Positions 18,459-28,124 of a stretch of DNA of 64,000 nt are shown here, one piece after another. The stretch lies in sequence record KY794643.1; one strand, 5' to 3'. Each line of letters begins with the position of its first letter. Position 1 is the stretch's first letter. The position numbers and the translations under genes are program-made. The notes under the pieces were generated by a model. It saw nothing but the letters and a program-made list of their open reading frames with translations. It was not told the origin of the DNA and ran no database searches. The stretch comes from Staphylococcus phage vB_Sau_S24.

Positions 18459-18701
18459 ATGGATAATATTAAAGGAATAATTGTAACAACAACATGTGCA
18501 AACTTTAAAGAGGGAGGCATTTTAATTATTAATAAAGACTTAACTAGTCTCCCTTTAGAGGAAGCTTTAGATAGAATAGAGATAGGTTTAGAAACTAATA
18601 GTAATATTAAATTGCCTCACAAAGACAATAAAGGATACTCAATAATTTTACCTAGTTCTATCGTAGGGTATGACGTTCATATAGAAGAGGAGGGGTTATA
18701 A
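18459..18701 (+). CDS. hypothetical protein
   Basis: 80-aa ORF with the RBS aaggagga. Confidence 0.4.
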   Translation: MDNIKGIIVTTTCANFKEGGILIINKDLTSLPLEEALDRIEIGLETNSNIKLPHKDNKGYSIILPSSIVGYDVHIEEEGL

Positions 18702-18895
18702 TGGGATTAACAGTAGTAAATAGTTATTTTATTCTATCGAGTATACTATTTATCGTATTAAGTATATTAAACGGTAAAGGTACAGTTACAGATAAATCAT
18801 TAGCTATGAGTAAAGCATTAGTGGTAATAACATCAATTCAATTTTTAGCATGTTTAATTATTAATGGTGTCTATTACTCATTAAAGTATATGTAA
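18701..18895 (+). CDS. small membrane protein
   Basis: 64-aa ORF with two predicted TM helices. Its ATG overlaps the upstream stop. Confidence 0.35.
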   Translation: MGLTVVNSYFILSSILFIVLSILNGKGTVTDKSLAMSKALVVITSIQFLACLIINGVYYSLKYM

Positions 18896-18910
18896 TAAAA
18901 AGGAGTACAA

Positions 18911-19063
18911 ATGAAAATATATATTGTAATAGATTTAAGAGGGAGTACAGAAGAAGAAACAAATATGGATTTTAAAGCTTTTAGAGAATTACAAGATGCT
19001 ATAGAATATGTAAATGGTAGTAATAATATAGATTTACACATAATGCCTTTAGAATTAGAATAA
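18911..19063 (+). CDS. small hypothetical protein (not in the ORF track)
   Basis: 50-aa ORF MKIYIVIDLRGSTEEETNMDFKAFRELQDAIEYVNGSNNIDLHIMPLELE with the RBS aaaggag. Confidence 0.3.
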   Translation: MKIYIVIDLRGSTEEETNMDFKAFRELQDAIEYVNGSNNIDLHIMPLELE

Positions 19064-19068
19064 AAGTA

Positions 19069-19097
19069 TTGACAGATTAAAAATAATAAATTATAAT
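19069..19097 (+). promoter_or_regulatory. sigma-A-type promoter
   Basis: TTGACA, 17-nt spacer, then TATAAT. Confidence 0.55.
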
Positions 19098-19130
19098 AAA
19101 GATATAACAAATTAAAGGAGAAGATATAAA

Positions 19131-19442
19131 ATGACACAAAGTAAATTAAGAGCAGTACATGAAGAAATGAAAGTAGAATTACAAAAATTCCCACAAGAGG
19201 TAGATGTAACGAGTAAATCAACTGCAATTGCAATCAATCAAATTTTAGATAGATTTAAAACATTAACTGAACAAGCAGGTAAGATTACTAAGAAATATTT
19301 AGAAGGTCAAGAAATATTAACTATTGATTATGAGTATTATGATTCATTACAAGAATACTACATTTATTTACTAAGAAATAGTGATAAAATTAAACAAAGT
19401 TTAGAGGAAATTTTAACAAGCACAGAGAAATACTTAAAGTAA
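19131..19442 (+). CDS. hypothetical protein
   Basis: 103-aa ORF with the RBS aaaggagaag. Confidence 0.45.
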   Translation: MTQSKLRAVHEEMKVELQKFPQEVDVTSKSTAIAINQILDRFKTLTEQAGKITKKYLEGQEILTIDYEYYDSLQEYYIYLLRNSDKIKQSLEEILTSTEKYLK

Positions 19443-19444
19443 TT

Positions 19445-19472
19445 TTGATTTAAAAACAAAATATGATATACT
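19445..19472 (+). promoter_or_regulatory. candidate promoter for the operon starting at 19574
   Basis: TTGATT, 16-nt spacer, then TGaTATACT. Confidence 0.45.
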
Positions 19473-19573
19473 ATGTTTAAAGTAGTAAGCCTACACTAGT
19501 CCGTGTTATATTAATATTGAATCGGATAAGCGTAGGCTTTATTAATATTTAAAAAAGGAAGGTATATCATATT

Positions 19574-20029
19574 ATGGCTGAAGAAATTAAAAAGGAACAA
19601 GATGTACAAGAAACAAAAGAAGAGAAAAAAGATGTTAGTAAAATGACACCGGAAGAGATAGATGAATTAAAATACCAAGATAGGAAAGAAAAAGAAAAAG
19701 TTATTAACAAAGTTATTAAAGGTGTTAATGATACTTGGGAAAAGGAATATAACTTTGAAGAATTAGACTTACAATTTAAAGTTAAAATTAAATTACCTAA
19801 TGCACGTGAACAAGGTAATATCTTTGCGTTACGTTCTGCTTACTTAGGTGGTATGGATATGTATCAAACAGACCAAGTAATTAGAGCTTACCAAATGTTA
19901 GCTACATTACAAGAAGTAGGTATTGAAGTTCCTAAGGAATTCCAAGACCCTGAGGATATCTATAACTTATATCCTTTAACTGTTATGTATGAAGATTGGT
20001 TAGGGTTCCTAAACTCCTTTCGTTACTAA
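19574..20029 (+). CDS. hypothetical protein (possible tail assembly chaperone, by position)
   Basis: 151-aa ORF with the RBS aaaaggaagg. It is one of two ORFs just upstream of the tape measure gene. Confidence 0.4.
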   Translation: MAEEIKKEQDVQETKEEKKDVSKMTPEEIDELKYQDRKEKEKVINKVIKGVNDTWEKEYNFEELDLQFKVKIKLPNAREQGNIFALRSAYLGGMDMYQTDQVIRAYQMLATLQEVGIEVPKEFQDPEDIYNLYPLTVMYEDWLGFLNSFRY

Positions 20030-20063
20030 TAGTATAGAAACACTAGATAAAGATATAGAACGA

Positions 20064-20609
20064 TTGGGTGGTATGGAATCAATTGTTAAACAACCTTTAT
20101 CTAGAAATCTATGGGCTATTATGAAAGAGTTTAATGTTTTACCTACTGAGCAAAGATTTAAGGATTTAGACGATTACCAAATAGAGTTTATTATTGGTAA
20201 CATGAATAGAGATGTTTACGAACATAATAAACAACTTAAACAAGCTCAAAAAGGTGGCAAGTACGATAGCCAATTTGAAGATGATGATAGTAGTTGGTGG
20301 AATGAATCTCATGAAGACTTTGACCCAGTACCTGATTTCTTAGATGCTGATGACTTAGCACAACAGATGGAAGATAAATTATCTGACAGAGATAAAGAAG
20401 AAAGAGCTAAGAGAAATGATGCAGAGTTGAATGATGAGACAGAAGGACTTACTACACAACATCTTGCTATGATGGAATACATTAGAAGAAAACAAGAAGA
20501 ATTAGATGATGAAGTAGGAAATGGTAAAACTAGTGAAGAGGATGCTACGATATCACAGGATAGCGTTAATAAAGCACTAGAAGACCTAGATGATGATTGG
20601 TATATGTAA
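20064..20609 (+). CDS. acidic hypothetical protein (possible tail assembly chaperone, by position)
   Basis: 181-aa, strongly acidic, immediately upstream of the tape measure gene. Confidence 0.4.
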   Translation: MGGMESIVKQPLSRNLWAIMKEFNVLPTEQRFKDLDDYQIEFIIGNMNRDVYEHNKQLKQAQKGGKYDSQFEDDDSSWWNESHEDFDPVPDFLDADDLAQQMEDKLSDRDKEERAKRNDAELNDETEGLTTQHLAMMEYIRRKQEELDDEVGNGKTSEEDATISQDSVNKALEDLDDDWYM

Positions 20610-20610
20610 A

Positions 20611-20645
20611 GGGTGGTAGGTGATACTACCATCCTTATTTTTTTA
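20611..20645 (+). terminator. hairpin plus T-run just upstream of the tape measure gene
   Basis: GGGTGGTAG / CTACCATCC stem with one G-U pair and loop gtgata, followed by TTATTTTTTTT. Confidence 0.45.
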
Positions 20646-20661
20646 AAATGGATGGTGAATA

Positions 20662-23600
20662 ATGATGGCAATGAATGACGATTATAGATTGGTCTTATCC
20701 GGGGATAGTTCGGATTTAGAAAATAGTCTGAAGGCAATAGAACTTTATATGGATTCCCTGGAATCTAAAAATATTGACGCTCCTTTAAACAATTTCTTAA
20801 AGAAATTAAAAGTAATTGCTAAAGAAGTTAAAAATGTACAGGACTCAATGGATAAACAGGAAGGTAAATCTGTTATATCTTCTAAAGATATGGATGAATC
20901 TATTAAATCCACTCAATCTGCTACAAAGAATATAAATGAACTAAAGAAAGCTTTAGATGACCTTCAAAAAGAAAACATTTCTAAAGGTATAGCACCTGAC
21001 CCTGAAGTTGAAAAAGCATATGCTAAGATGAATAAAGTTGTTAATGAGACTAGTGAAAATCTTAGTAAAATGTCTAACCAAAAAATAGGCTCAGATGCAA
21101 GTATTCAAAATAGAATTAAAGAACAGAAAACCTTAAATAAAGTAACAGAAGAATACAATAAAATTAGTAAAGATTCTAGTGCTACTCAAGACTATACTAA
21201 ACGTTTAAGAGCTAACCGTAATATGACTAGAGGTTATATGGAACGTTCAGAAGGAACAGGACGTTTAACATATGACCAAGGGGCACGAGTTAGAAGTGAA
21301 CTAGGTAAGATAGATTCTTATGAAAGTCAAAGAAAACAAAACCAACGTAATTTAAGCCAAGCAAGAGAGCAATATACTAATTATGGAAACCAACAACAAG
21401 ACCTAACTAGACGTAGAGCTAGTGGTCAGATTAATAAAGCTCAGTATGAAAAAGAACTGGCTTCTATTAAAATGGAAATGAAAGCTAGAGAAGAACTTAT
21501 ATCTAATTATGAAAAATTAGGAGCAGAGCTTGATAAAACTGTTCAATATTATAAGGGTTCAGTTCAGAAAGATTTTCAAACTAGAGATGTAGACCAACAA
21601 CGAGGAACATTTGGTAGAATGGTTCAAGAGCGTTTACCATCTATTGGCTCTCATGCTATGATGGGTACGACTGCCATGGCTACAGGTTTATATATGAAGG
21701 GTGCTTCATTAAGTGAAACTAATAGACCAATGGTTACATCATTAGGTCAAAATTCAGACAATATGGATATAGATTCTGTAAGAAATGCATATGGAGACTT
21801 GTCAATTGATAATAAGTTAGGTTATAATAGTACTGACATGTTGAAAATGGCTACTTCATATGAATCATCAGTAGGACACAAAAGTGATGAGGATACAATG
21901 GCAGGAACTAAACAACTTGCTATTGGAGGACGTTCATTAGGAATACAAGACCAAGAAGCTTATCAAGAGTCTATGGGACAAATAATGCATACAGGTGGAG
22001 TAAATTCCGATAACATGAAGGAAATGCAAGATGCATTCCTAGGCGGTATTAAACAATCAGGTATGGTTGGTCGTCAAGATGAACAACTTAAAGCATTAGG
22101 TTCTATAGCTGAACAATCAGGACAAGGTAGAACAATGTCTAGTACTGACATGAGTAATTTATCAGCTATGCAAGCAACCCTAGCAGGAACTGGAAATAAA
22201 GGTTTACAGGGTGAACAAGGTGCTAATGCAATGATGAGTATAGACCAAGGGATTAAAAATGGTATGAATAACCCCTATGCTCGTATATCTATGGGATGGG
22301 GTACTGAGTACCAAGGACTAGAAGGTATGCATGATTTACAGGCTAGAATGGATAAAGGTATATCAGACCCTGAAAATTTAACAGACATACTAGGTCAAGC
22401 TGAACAAATGGGAGGCTCAACTAAAGAACAACAAGCTATTGCTAAAAAATCTTTTGATAGCTTAGGTGCTAACTTAACACAATCCCAAACAGATGACTTA
22501 TTTAATGAATATAAAAAAGGGGATTTATCTGCAGAAGAGCTAGCTAAAAAAGCTAAAAAAATGGAAAAAGAAGGTAGCAAAGAAGGAGAAGATAACGCCA
22601 CTGATTATGGAGAATCTAAATCAGGAAAAAATGACCAAAATAAAGCTAAGACGGATGATAAAGCAGAAGATACTTACGATTTAGCTCAACCGTTAAGAGA
22701 TGCTCATAGTGCCTTAGCAGGACTACCCGCTCCTGTATATTTAGCTATAGGGGCTATAGGTGCATTCACAGCATCATTACTTGCTTCGGCATCTCAATTT
22801 GGTGCAGGTCATTTAATCGGTAAAGGAGCTAAAGCTTTAGGAAGAAGAGGTAAAAATAGCGGAGGAGGAACACCACCTCCAGGAACAAGTCCTGGTAGAC
22901 AAAAATACGCTAATAATAATCCTAAAACACCTAATGGTGGAGGAACTTCCGGTGGTTCTAGGGTAGGTAGCATGTTTGAAAAAGCTAAGAGCTTTGGAGG
23001 AGAAGCTCTTGCAGGAGGTATGCTATTCGGAGATAAACTTTTAGGCGGTAAAAATAAAAAAGGTGGTTCTCGTTCCGGAAAAGAGCAGTTTAAAGGTGCT
23101 TGGGATAGTACTAAGAAAACTGGTAAGGGATTATTTGACCATCTTAATCCTAAAAACAGAGATTTTACTATGGGAGAATACTTAGGAAGAACCAAAGACC
23201 TAGGTAAAAAATCAGGTAAGGGATTATTTGACACTAGTAAATCGGAATTCAGTGGAAGTATTCTTAATCCTAAGAATTTCAAAGGTCTAGGAGGAAAAAT
23301 AAAAGATGGTACCGGTAGCTTATTAAACAAAGGTAAAGGTGCCTATGGTAAATTTGCGGATAAGTTCGGTGATGGAAGTAAAAACGGTATTCTGTCACAA
23401 TCACCTAATGCAGGAGGTAGCGGAATAGGTAAACTTGGAAAACTTGCAGGTGGTCTTGGAAAAGGAGCCGGAGTTTTAGGTGTAGCTACATCTGCATTAT
23501 CATTAATACCTGCTTTAGCTTCCGGAGACGATAAAGCTATCGGTAAAGGTGTAGGCTCTATGGGCGGAGGAATGGCAGGTGCATCAGCAGGGGCTTCTAT

Positions 23601-24720
23601 AGGAGCTTTATTTGGTGGTGTAGGTGCAATACCTGGAGCTTTAATAGGTGGAACTATAGGTTCCTTCGGTGGTGGAGCTGTCGGTGAAAAAGTCGGAGAC
23701 ATGGCTAAAAAAGCTGGCACTAAAGAAGGATGGAACCTAGGATGGTCTAATGGAGATAAAGACGGTAAGAATAAATTCCAAGACTCTTTATTAGGTAAAC
23801 CTATATCTAAGGCATGGAGCGGTATAACAGGACTCTTTGATAATGACGCTGAAGCATCTGAAGAAGATAGTAAAGATAAGAAAAAAGGCGTTAAAGGTGT
23901 TAAAGGAGATACTAAGAAGAAAGAAAAAATGACAGCAGAACAACTTAGAGAAAAGAATAACCAATCTGAAACTAAGAACCTTAAAATCTATAGTGACTTA
24001 CTTGACAGAGCTCAGAAAATTATTGAGAATGCTAAAGGTATAAATATAGACGGTAATACTGAAGAAGGCGGAGACCTCGGAAGTAGTAACTCAGATGAGA
24101 AAAAACCTGCTGATAAATGGAAAGACGATATCCGTAAGGCTGCCAAGGCTATGGGTGTTAATATCACTGATAAAGACGTAGATGGTATAGCTTCATTAAT
24201 TCACAATGAATCTGGCGGAGACCCTGGAATTACCCAAGGTAATATTGGAGATATTAATAATAGATTAGGTACTCCTGCTAAAGGTTTATTACAATATGTA
24301 CCTTCTACTTTTGATAACTATAAAGTAAAAGGTCATGATAATATCACATCAGGGTATGACCAATTATTAGCATTCTTTAATAACAAGAACTGGAAACAAG
24401 ACTATAATCCTAATGGTGGTTGGAGTCCAACAGGAGGAAGAGTTAAAGGCGGTTCCGGCGGAGGAGGCGGAGGCGGGGAAGCATTATCCTCTACCTACCA
24501 AGAAGCTATGAGTAAACCTATATTAACATCTTCCGGCTCTAATTATAGAGGTTCTAATGATGCTTCTAATGCTTCTACAACTAATAGAGTAACAGTTAAT
24601 GTTAATGTTCAAGGTGGAAATAATCCTGAAGAAACTGGAGACATTATCGGCGGAAGAATTAGAGAAGTACTAGATAACAACATGGATATCTTTGCAAATG
24701 AACATAAGAGAAGTTATTAG
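20662..24720 (+). CDS. tail tape measure protein with a C-terminal lytic transglycosylase (SLT) domain
   Basis: 1352-aa ORF with a coiled-coil N-terminal half and a Gly-rich low-complexity middle. It carries the SLT motif IHNESGGDPGI...GLLQYVPSTF near the C-terminus and internal KK[TS]GKGLFD repeats. Confidence 0.8.
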   Translation: MMAMNDDYRLVLSGDSSDLENSLKAIELYMDSLESKNIDAPLNNFLKKLKVIAKEVKNVQDSMDKQEGKSVISSKDMDESIKSTQSATKNINELKKALDDLQKENISKGIAPDPEVEKAYAKMNKVVNETSENLSKMSNQKIGSDASIQNRIKEQKTLNKVTEEYNKISKDSSATQDYTKRLRANRNMTRGYMERSEGTGRLTYDQGARVRSELGKIDSYESQRKQNQRNLSQAREQYTNYGNQQQDLTRRRASGQINKAQYEKELASIKMEMKAREELISNYEKLGAELDKTVQYYKGSVQKDFQTRDVDQQRGTFGRMVQERLPSIGSHAMMGTTAMATGLYMKGASLSETNRPMVTSLGQNSDNMDIDSVRNAYGDLSIDNKLGYNSTDMLKMATSYESSVGHKSDEDTMAGTKQLAIGGRSLGIQDQEAYQESMGQIMHTGGVNSDNMKEMQDAFLGGIKQSGMVGRQDEQLKALGSIAEQSGQGRTMSSTDMSNLSAMQATLAGTGNKGLQGEQGANAMMSIDQGIKNGMNNPYARISMGWGTEYQGLEGMHDLQARMDKGISDPENLTDILGQAEQMGGSTKEQQAIAKKSFDSLGANLTQSQTDDLFNEYKKGDLSAEELAKKAKKMEKEGSKEGEDNATDYGESKSGKNDQNKAKTDDKAEDTYDLAQPLRDAHSALAGLPAPVYLAIGAIGAFTASLLASASQFGAGHLIGKGAKALGRRGKNSGGGTPPPGTSPGRQKYANNNPKTPNGGGTSGGSRVGSMFEKAKSFGGEALAGGMLFGDKLLGGKNKKGGSRSGKEQFKGAWDSTKKTGKGLFDHLNPKNRDFTMGEYLGRTKDLGKKSGKGLFDTSKSEFSGSILNPKNFKGLGGKIKDGTGSLLNKGKGAYGKFADKFGDGSKNGILSQSPNAGGSGIGKLGKLAGGLGKGAGVLGVATSALSLIPALASGDDKAIGKGVGSMGGGMAGASAGASIGALFGGVGAIPGALIGGTIGSFGGGAVGEKVGDMAKKAGTKEGWNLGWSNGDKDGKNKFQDSLLGKPISKAWSGITGLFDNDAEASEEDSKDKKKGVKGVKGDTKKKEKMTAEQLREKNNQSETKNLKIYSDLLDRAQKIIENAKGINIDGNTEEGGDLGSSNSDEKKPADKWKDDIRKAAKAMGVNITDKDVDGIASLIHNESGGDPGITQGNIGDINNRLGTPAKGLLQYVPSTFDNYKVKGHDNITSGYDQLLAFFNNKNWKQDYNPNGGWSPTGGRVKGGSGGGGGGGEALSSTYQEAMSKPILTSSGSNYRGSNDASNASTTNRVTVNVNVQGGNNPEETGDIIGGRIREVLDNNMDIFANEHKRSY

Positions 24721-24730
24721 TAATTTTGTC

Positions 24731-24759
24731 TTGACACAAGAGTAGTATCATAGTATACT
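24731..24759 (+). promoter_or_regulatory. sigma-A-type promoter upstream of the tail lysin gene
   Basis: TTGACA, 17-nt spacer, then TAgTATACT. Confidence 0.5.
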
Positions 24760-24793
24760 ACTCTTATACATATAAAAAAATAAAAGGAAGTAT

Positions 24794-27223
24794 GTGTATA
24801 TGCGTAGAATAAGAAGACCTAAAGTAAGAATAGAAATTGTTACAGATGATAATACATTCACATTAAGATTTGAAGATACACGTGACTACAATGGTGATGA
24901 GTTCGGAGCTAAAATTTTAGGTTTCCAAACTAAAAACTCTATGGAAGATGACAGTTCTGTATTCCAAATCAATATGGCAGGAGATACTTACTGGGATAAG
25001 TTAGTTATGGCTAACGATATAATCAGAATATTTATTACACCTAATGATGACCCTAATGATAAAGAAGGTCGTCAAGAACGTTTAATTCAAGTAGGTATGG
25101 TTTCTCAAGTATCAAAAGTAGGTAGTTATGGTAATGACCAAACTCAATTTAGAATAACAGGTCAATCTTTTGTAAAACCTTTTATGAAATTTGGATTAGG
25201 TGTTATTCAAGAGGTTCAAGCTGTACTTCCTGAAGTAGGTTGGCTTATTGATGGTGATGGAGATAATGAAGTAAAATTTACTGGTAGCTCAGCTCATGAA
25301 GTAATGACAGGAATTATACGTAGATTCATACCATATATGAAATATAATTATACTGAAAAAACATATAATACAATAGATAGCTATCTTGATTATGATGATT
25401 TAAGTAGTTGGGATGAGTTTGAAAATCTAACTGAAATATCCGCTTTTACTAATTTTGATGGGTCATTAAAACAGTTAATGGATATGGTTACAGCTAGACC
25501 TTTTAATGAATTGTTCTTCAAAAACTCTGAAAAAACACCAGGTAAAGCACAACTTGTATTAAGAAAAACACCTTTTAATCCTACTGAGTGGAGAGCTTTG
25601 GATATGATTAAAGTTCCTACTGAGGACTTTATTGAAGAGGATGTAGGGAAAAGTGATGTAGAGACATACTCTATATTTACAGCTACACCTGCAGGTATGT
25701 TAAAAGAACTTAATGGTGATGTATTTTCTAAACCACAATTTCATCCTGAATTGACTGATAGATATGGGTATACTAAATTTGAAGTAGAGAACATTTATCT
25801 AAGTACTAAAACAGGTTCAGCTACTGAAGATTCTGATTCTACAGGAGATGATAATGGTACTGAACGAGGAACTTATTCTAAAATCATGAAAGATTTAAGT
25901 AACTATGGTAGAGATAATGTTTCTAAAGGTATAGACAAGTATACAAGTAAGTTATCTGCAAAGTATAAAAACTTAAAAAAAGCACAAGCTAAAAAAATTA
26001 TAGAGAAGTTTGTCAAAGAAGGAAAAGTAACAGAAAAAGAATATGAGAAAATAACAGGAAATAAAGTAGATGATGAATTAACATCCGATAACAGACCGAA
26101 GTTGACAAAAGACAAATTAAAGAGTATACTAAAAGAGAAGTTTAAAACACAAGAACACTTCAACAATGCTAAAAAAAGAAAAAAAGCTAAAGCAGAGGCA
26201 AAAAAAGAACTAATTACTAAATATAGATTTGGTAATAAAAAACACGCAGAAGTATTATTGGATTCCTATATCGAGTATAAAGGGGAGCCACCTAATGATG
26301 ATGCTTTTGATAAATACCTAAAAGCTATTGAGGGTGTTAGTAATATAGCTACTGATACAGGTTCAGATGCAAGTGATGACCCTTTAGCAATGTTCTCTAG
26401 AATGCTATTCAATTGGTATCATGGTAACCCTAATTTCTATGCAGGAGATATTATTGTTCTAGGTGACCCTAAATATGATTTAGGTAAGAGATTATTTATT
26501 GAAGATAAGCAACGAGGAGATACTTGGGAATTTTATATTGAATCTGTAGAACATAAATTCGATTATAAACAAGGTTACTATACAACTGTAGGAGTAACTA
26601 GAGGTTTAAAAGATGCTATCCTAGAAGACGGTAAAGGTAGTCCTCATAGATTTGCAGGATTATGGAACCAATCATCAGACTTCATGGGAGGTCTTATGGG
26701 TGAAGATACTTCTAAAGAACTTAAAGAAAAAGGTGTATCAGAGAAGAAAAGTAGCGGAGATAAAGGTGACTCTGATAGTGGAGGAGCCCAAGATGGTGGC
26801 TCTCTAGATTCACTTAAAAAATATAATGGTAAACTTCCTAAGCATGACGCTAGCTTTGTTCAACCAGGTAACCGACACTACAAGTATCAATGTACATGGT
26901 ATGCTTACAACAGAAGAGGTCAATTAGGCATTCCTGTGCCTTTATGGGGGGATGCCGCCGACTGGATTGGTGGAGCTAAAAGTGCAGGGTATGGTGTAGG
27001 TAGAACACCTAAACAAGGTGCATGTGTTATTTGGCAACGAGGAGATAAAGGCGGTTCTAACGCTTACGGTCACGTTGCCTTTGTTGAAAAAGTTTTAGAT
27101 GGTGGTAAGAAAATATTCATTTCTGAGCATAACTGGGCTACACCTAATGGTTATGGTACTAGAACAATAGATATGAGTTCCCAAATAGGTAAAGAAGCTC
27201 AATTCATTTATGATAAGAAATAA
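24794..27223 (+). CDS. tail-associated peptidoglycan hydrolase with a C-terminal CHAP domain
   Basis: 809-aa ORF. The C-terminal CHAP signature is YQCTWYAYNRRG...GHVAFVEKV (catalytic Cys and His). Confidence 0.8.
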   Translation: MYMRRIRRPKVRIEIVTDDNTFTLRFEDTRDYNGDEFGAKILGFQTKNSMEDDSSVFQINMAGDTYWDKLVMANDIIRIFITPNDDPNDKEGRQERLIQVGMVSQVSKVGSYGNDQTQFRITGQSFVKPFMKFGLGVIQEVQAVLPEVGWLIDGDGDNEVKFTGSSAHEVMTGIIRRFIPYMKYNYTEKTYNTIDSYLDYDDLSSWDEFENLTEISAFTNFDGSLKQLMDMVTARPFNELFFKNSEKTPGKAQLVLRKTPFNPTEWRALDMIKVPTEDFIEEDVGKSDVETYSIFTATPAGMLKELNGDVFSKPQFHPELTDRYGYTKFEVENIYLSTKTGSATEDSDSTGDDNGTERGTYSKIMKDLSNYGRDNVSKGIDKYTSKLSAKYKNLKKAQAKKIIEKFVKEGKVTEKEYEKITGNKVDDELTSDNRPKLTKDKLKSILKEKFKTQEHFNNAKKRKKAKAEAKKELITKYRFGNKKHAEVLLDSYIEYKGEPPNDDAFDKYLKAIEGVSNIATDTGSDASDDPLAMFSRMLFNWYHGNPNFYAGDIIVLGDPKYDLGKRLFIEDKQRGDTWEFYIESVEHKFDYKQGYYTTVGVTRGLKDAILEDGKGSPHRFAGLWNQSSDFMGGLMGEDTSKELKEKGVSEKKSSGDKGDSDSGGAQDGGSLDSLKKYNGKLPKHDASFVQPGNRHYKYQCTWYAYNRRGQLGIPVPLWGDAADWIGGAKSAGYGVGRTPKQGACVIWQRGDKGGSNAYGHVAFVEKVLDGGKKIFISEHNWATPNGYGTRTIDMSSQIGKEAQFIYDKK

Positions 27224-27236
27224 AGGAGGATAGTTT

Positions 27237-28124
27237 ATGGCAACAGATAGAGAAGCTAAAGATGTTATTGATAAGTTTATAGATAATGTGTTTAATTTTG
27301 ATGTACTAACTATGGAAAGGGTTAAAGAGAAAGATGAAGAAATTAAAAAAATAACTACAGAAGATATGTATGAGAAGGTTGTTTATATACGACCTTACGT
27401 TGGAGTAATACAGAGTCTAAACCCTCAACACGTACAATATGAATCATTTTCTAATAATGGGTATGACATAGAAGCAGAATTAAGTTTTAGAAAAGTAAGT
27501 TATCTAGCAGATAAAGGGTCTATACCTACAGATTCTTTATCTACTTTAACAGTTCATTTAGTAGAAAGAAATCAAGAGTTACTAATAGATTATTTTGATG
27601 AGATGCAAGATATACTGTATGGGGAATATATGGAAGAAGAATATGTATTTGATGAGGATGTACCATTAAGTACAATACTAGCATTAGACTTAAATGATAA
27701 CCTTAAATCTTTTTCAAATATAAAGTATATGTTCAAAGGAGCTCCTAAAGAGAATCCTTTTGCAACAGATAAAGATGTTTATATAGATACTTATAATTTA
27801 TTATATTGGTTGTATTCAGTCGAAGATGAAGAATTAGCTTACCCTATGAATATTAATTATTTCTTTACAGAAGGTAGATTCTTTACTGTTTTCGGTAAAG
27901 GACATAAGTATAAAGTAGATGTTAGTAAATTTATAGTTGGAGATATATTATTCTTTGGTAGAAGTGATACTAATATAGGTATTTATGTAGGTGATGGGGA
28001 GTTTATATCTATGATAGGTAAATTCCCTAAAGATGAAACACCTATAGGGAAATACAAACTTGATGATTATTGGAATGAATTTAACGGAAGAGTTATGAGA
28101 TTTGATGAAGAGGTGTATATTTAA
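27237..28124 (+). CDS. structural protein with an NlpC/P60-like C-terminal motif (possibly degenerate)
   Basis: 295-aa ORF. GDILFFGRSDTNIGIYVGDGEFISM resembles the NlpC/P60 C-terminal pattern GDLxFF....HxGIYxGxGxFIHA, but the conserved His is Asn here and I could not find an upstream Cys motif. Confidence 0.5.
   Translation: MATDREAKDVIDKFIDNVFNFDVLTMERVKEKDEEIKKITTEDMYEKVVYIRPYVGVIQSLNPQHVQYESFSNNGYDIEAELSFRKVSYLADKGSIPTDSLSTLTVHLVERNQELLIDYFDEMQDILYGEYMEEEYVFDEDVPLSTILALDLNDNLKSFSNIKYMFKGAPKENPFATDKDVYIDTYNLLYWLYSVEDEELAYPMNINYFFTEGRFFTVFGKGHKYKVDVSKFIVGDILFFGRSDTNIGIYVGDGEFISMIGKFPKDETPIGKYKLDDYWNEFNGRVMRFDEEVYI

Noticed and set aside
19487-19539. Possible tRNA in the 19443-19573 gap
   Set aside because: The acceptor-like stem pairs, but the element is only ~53 nt with no D or T arm (no GTTCRANYC). 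It is more likely a leader hairpin.
19574-20609. Programmed -1 frameshift joining the two ORFs upstream of the tape measure gene (G/GT-like chaperone)
   Set aside because: The ORFs are separated by 34 nt that contain stops in all frames, and the second ORF has its own RBS (ggtggtATG). I saw no slippery heptamer at the junction.
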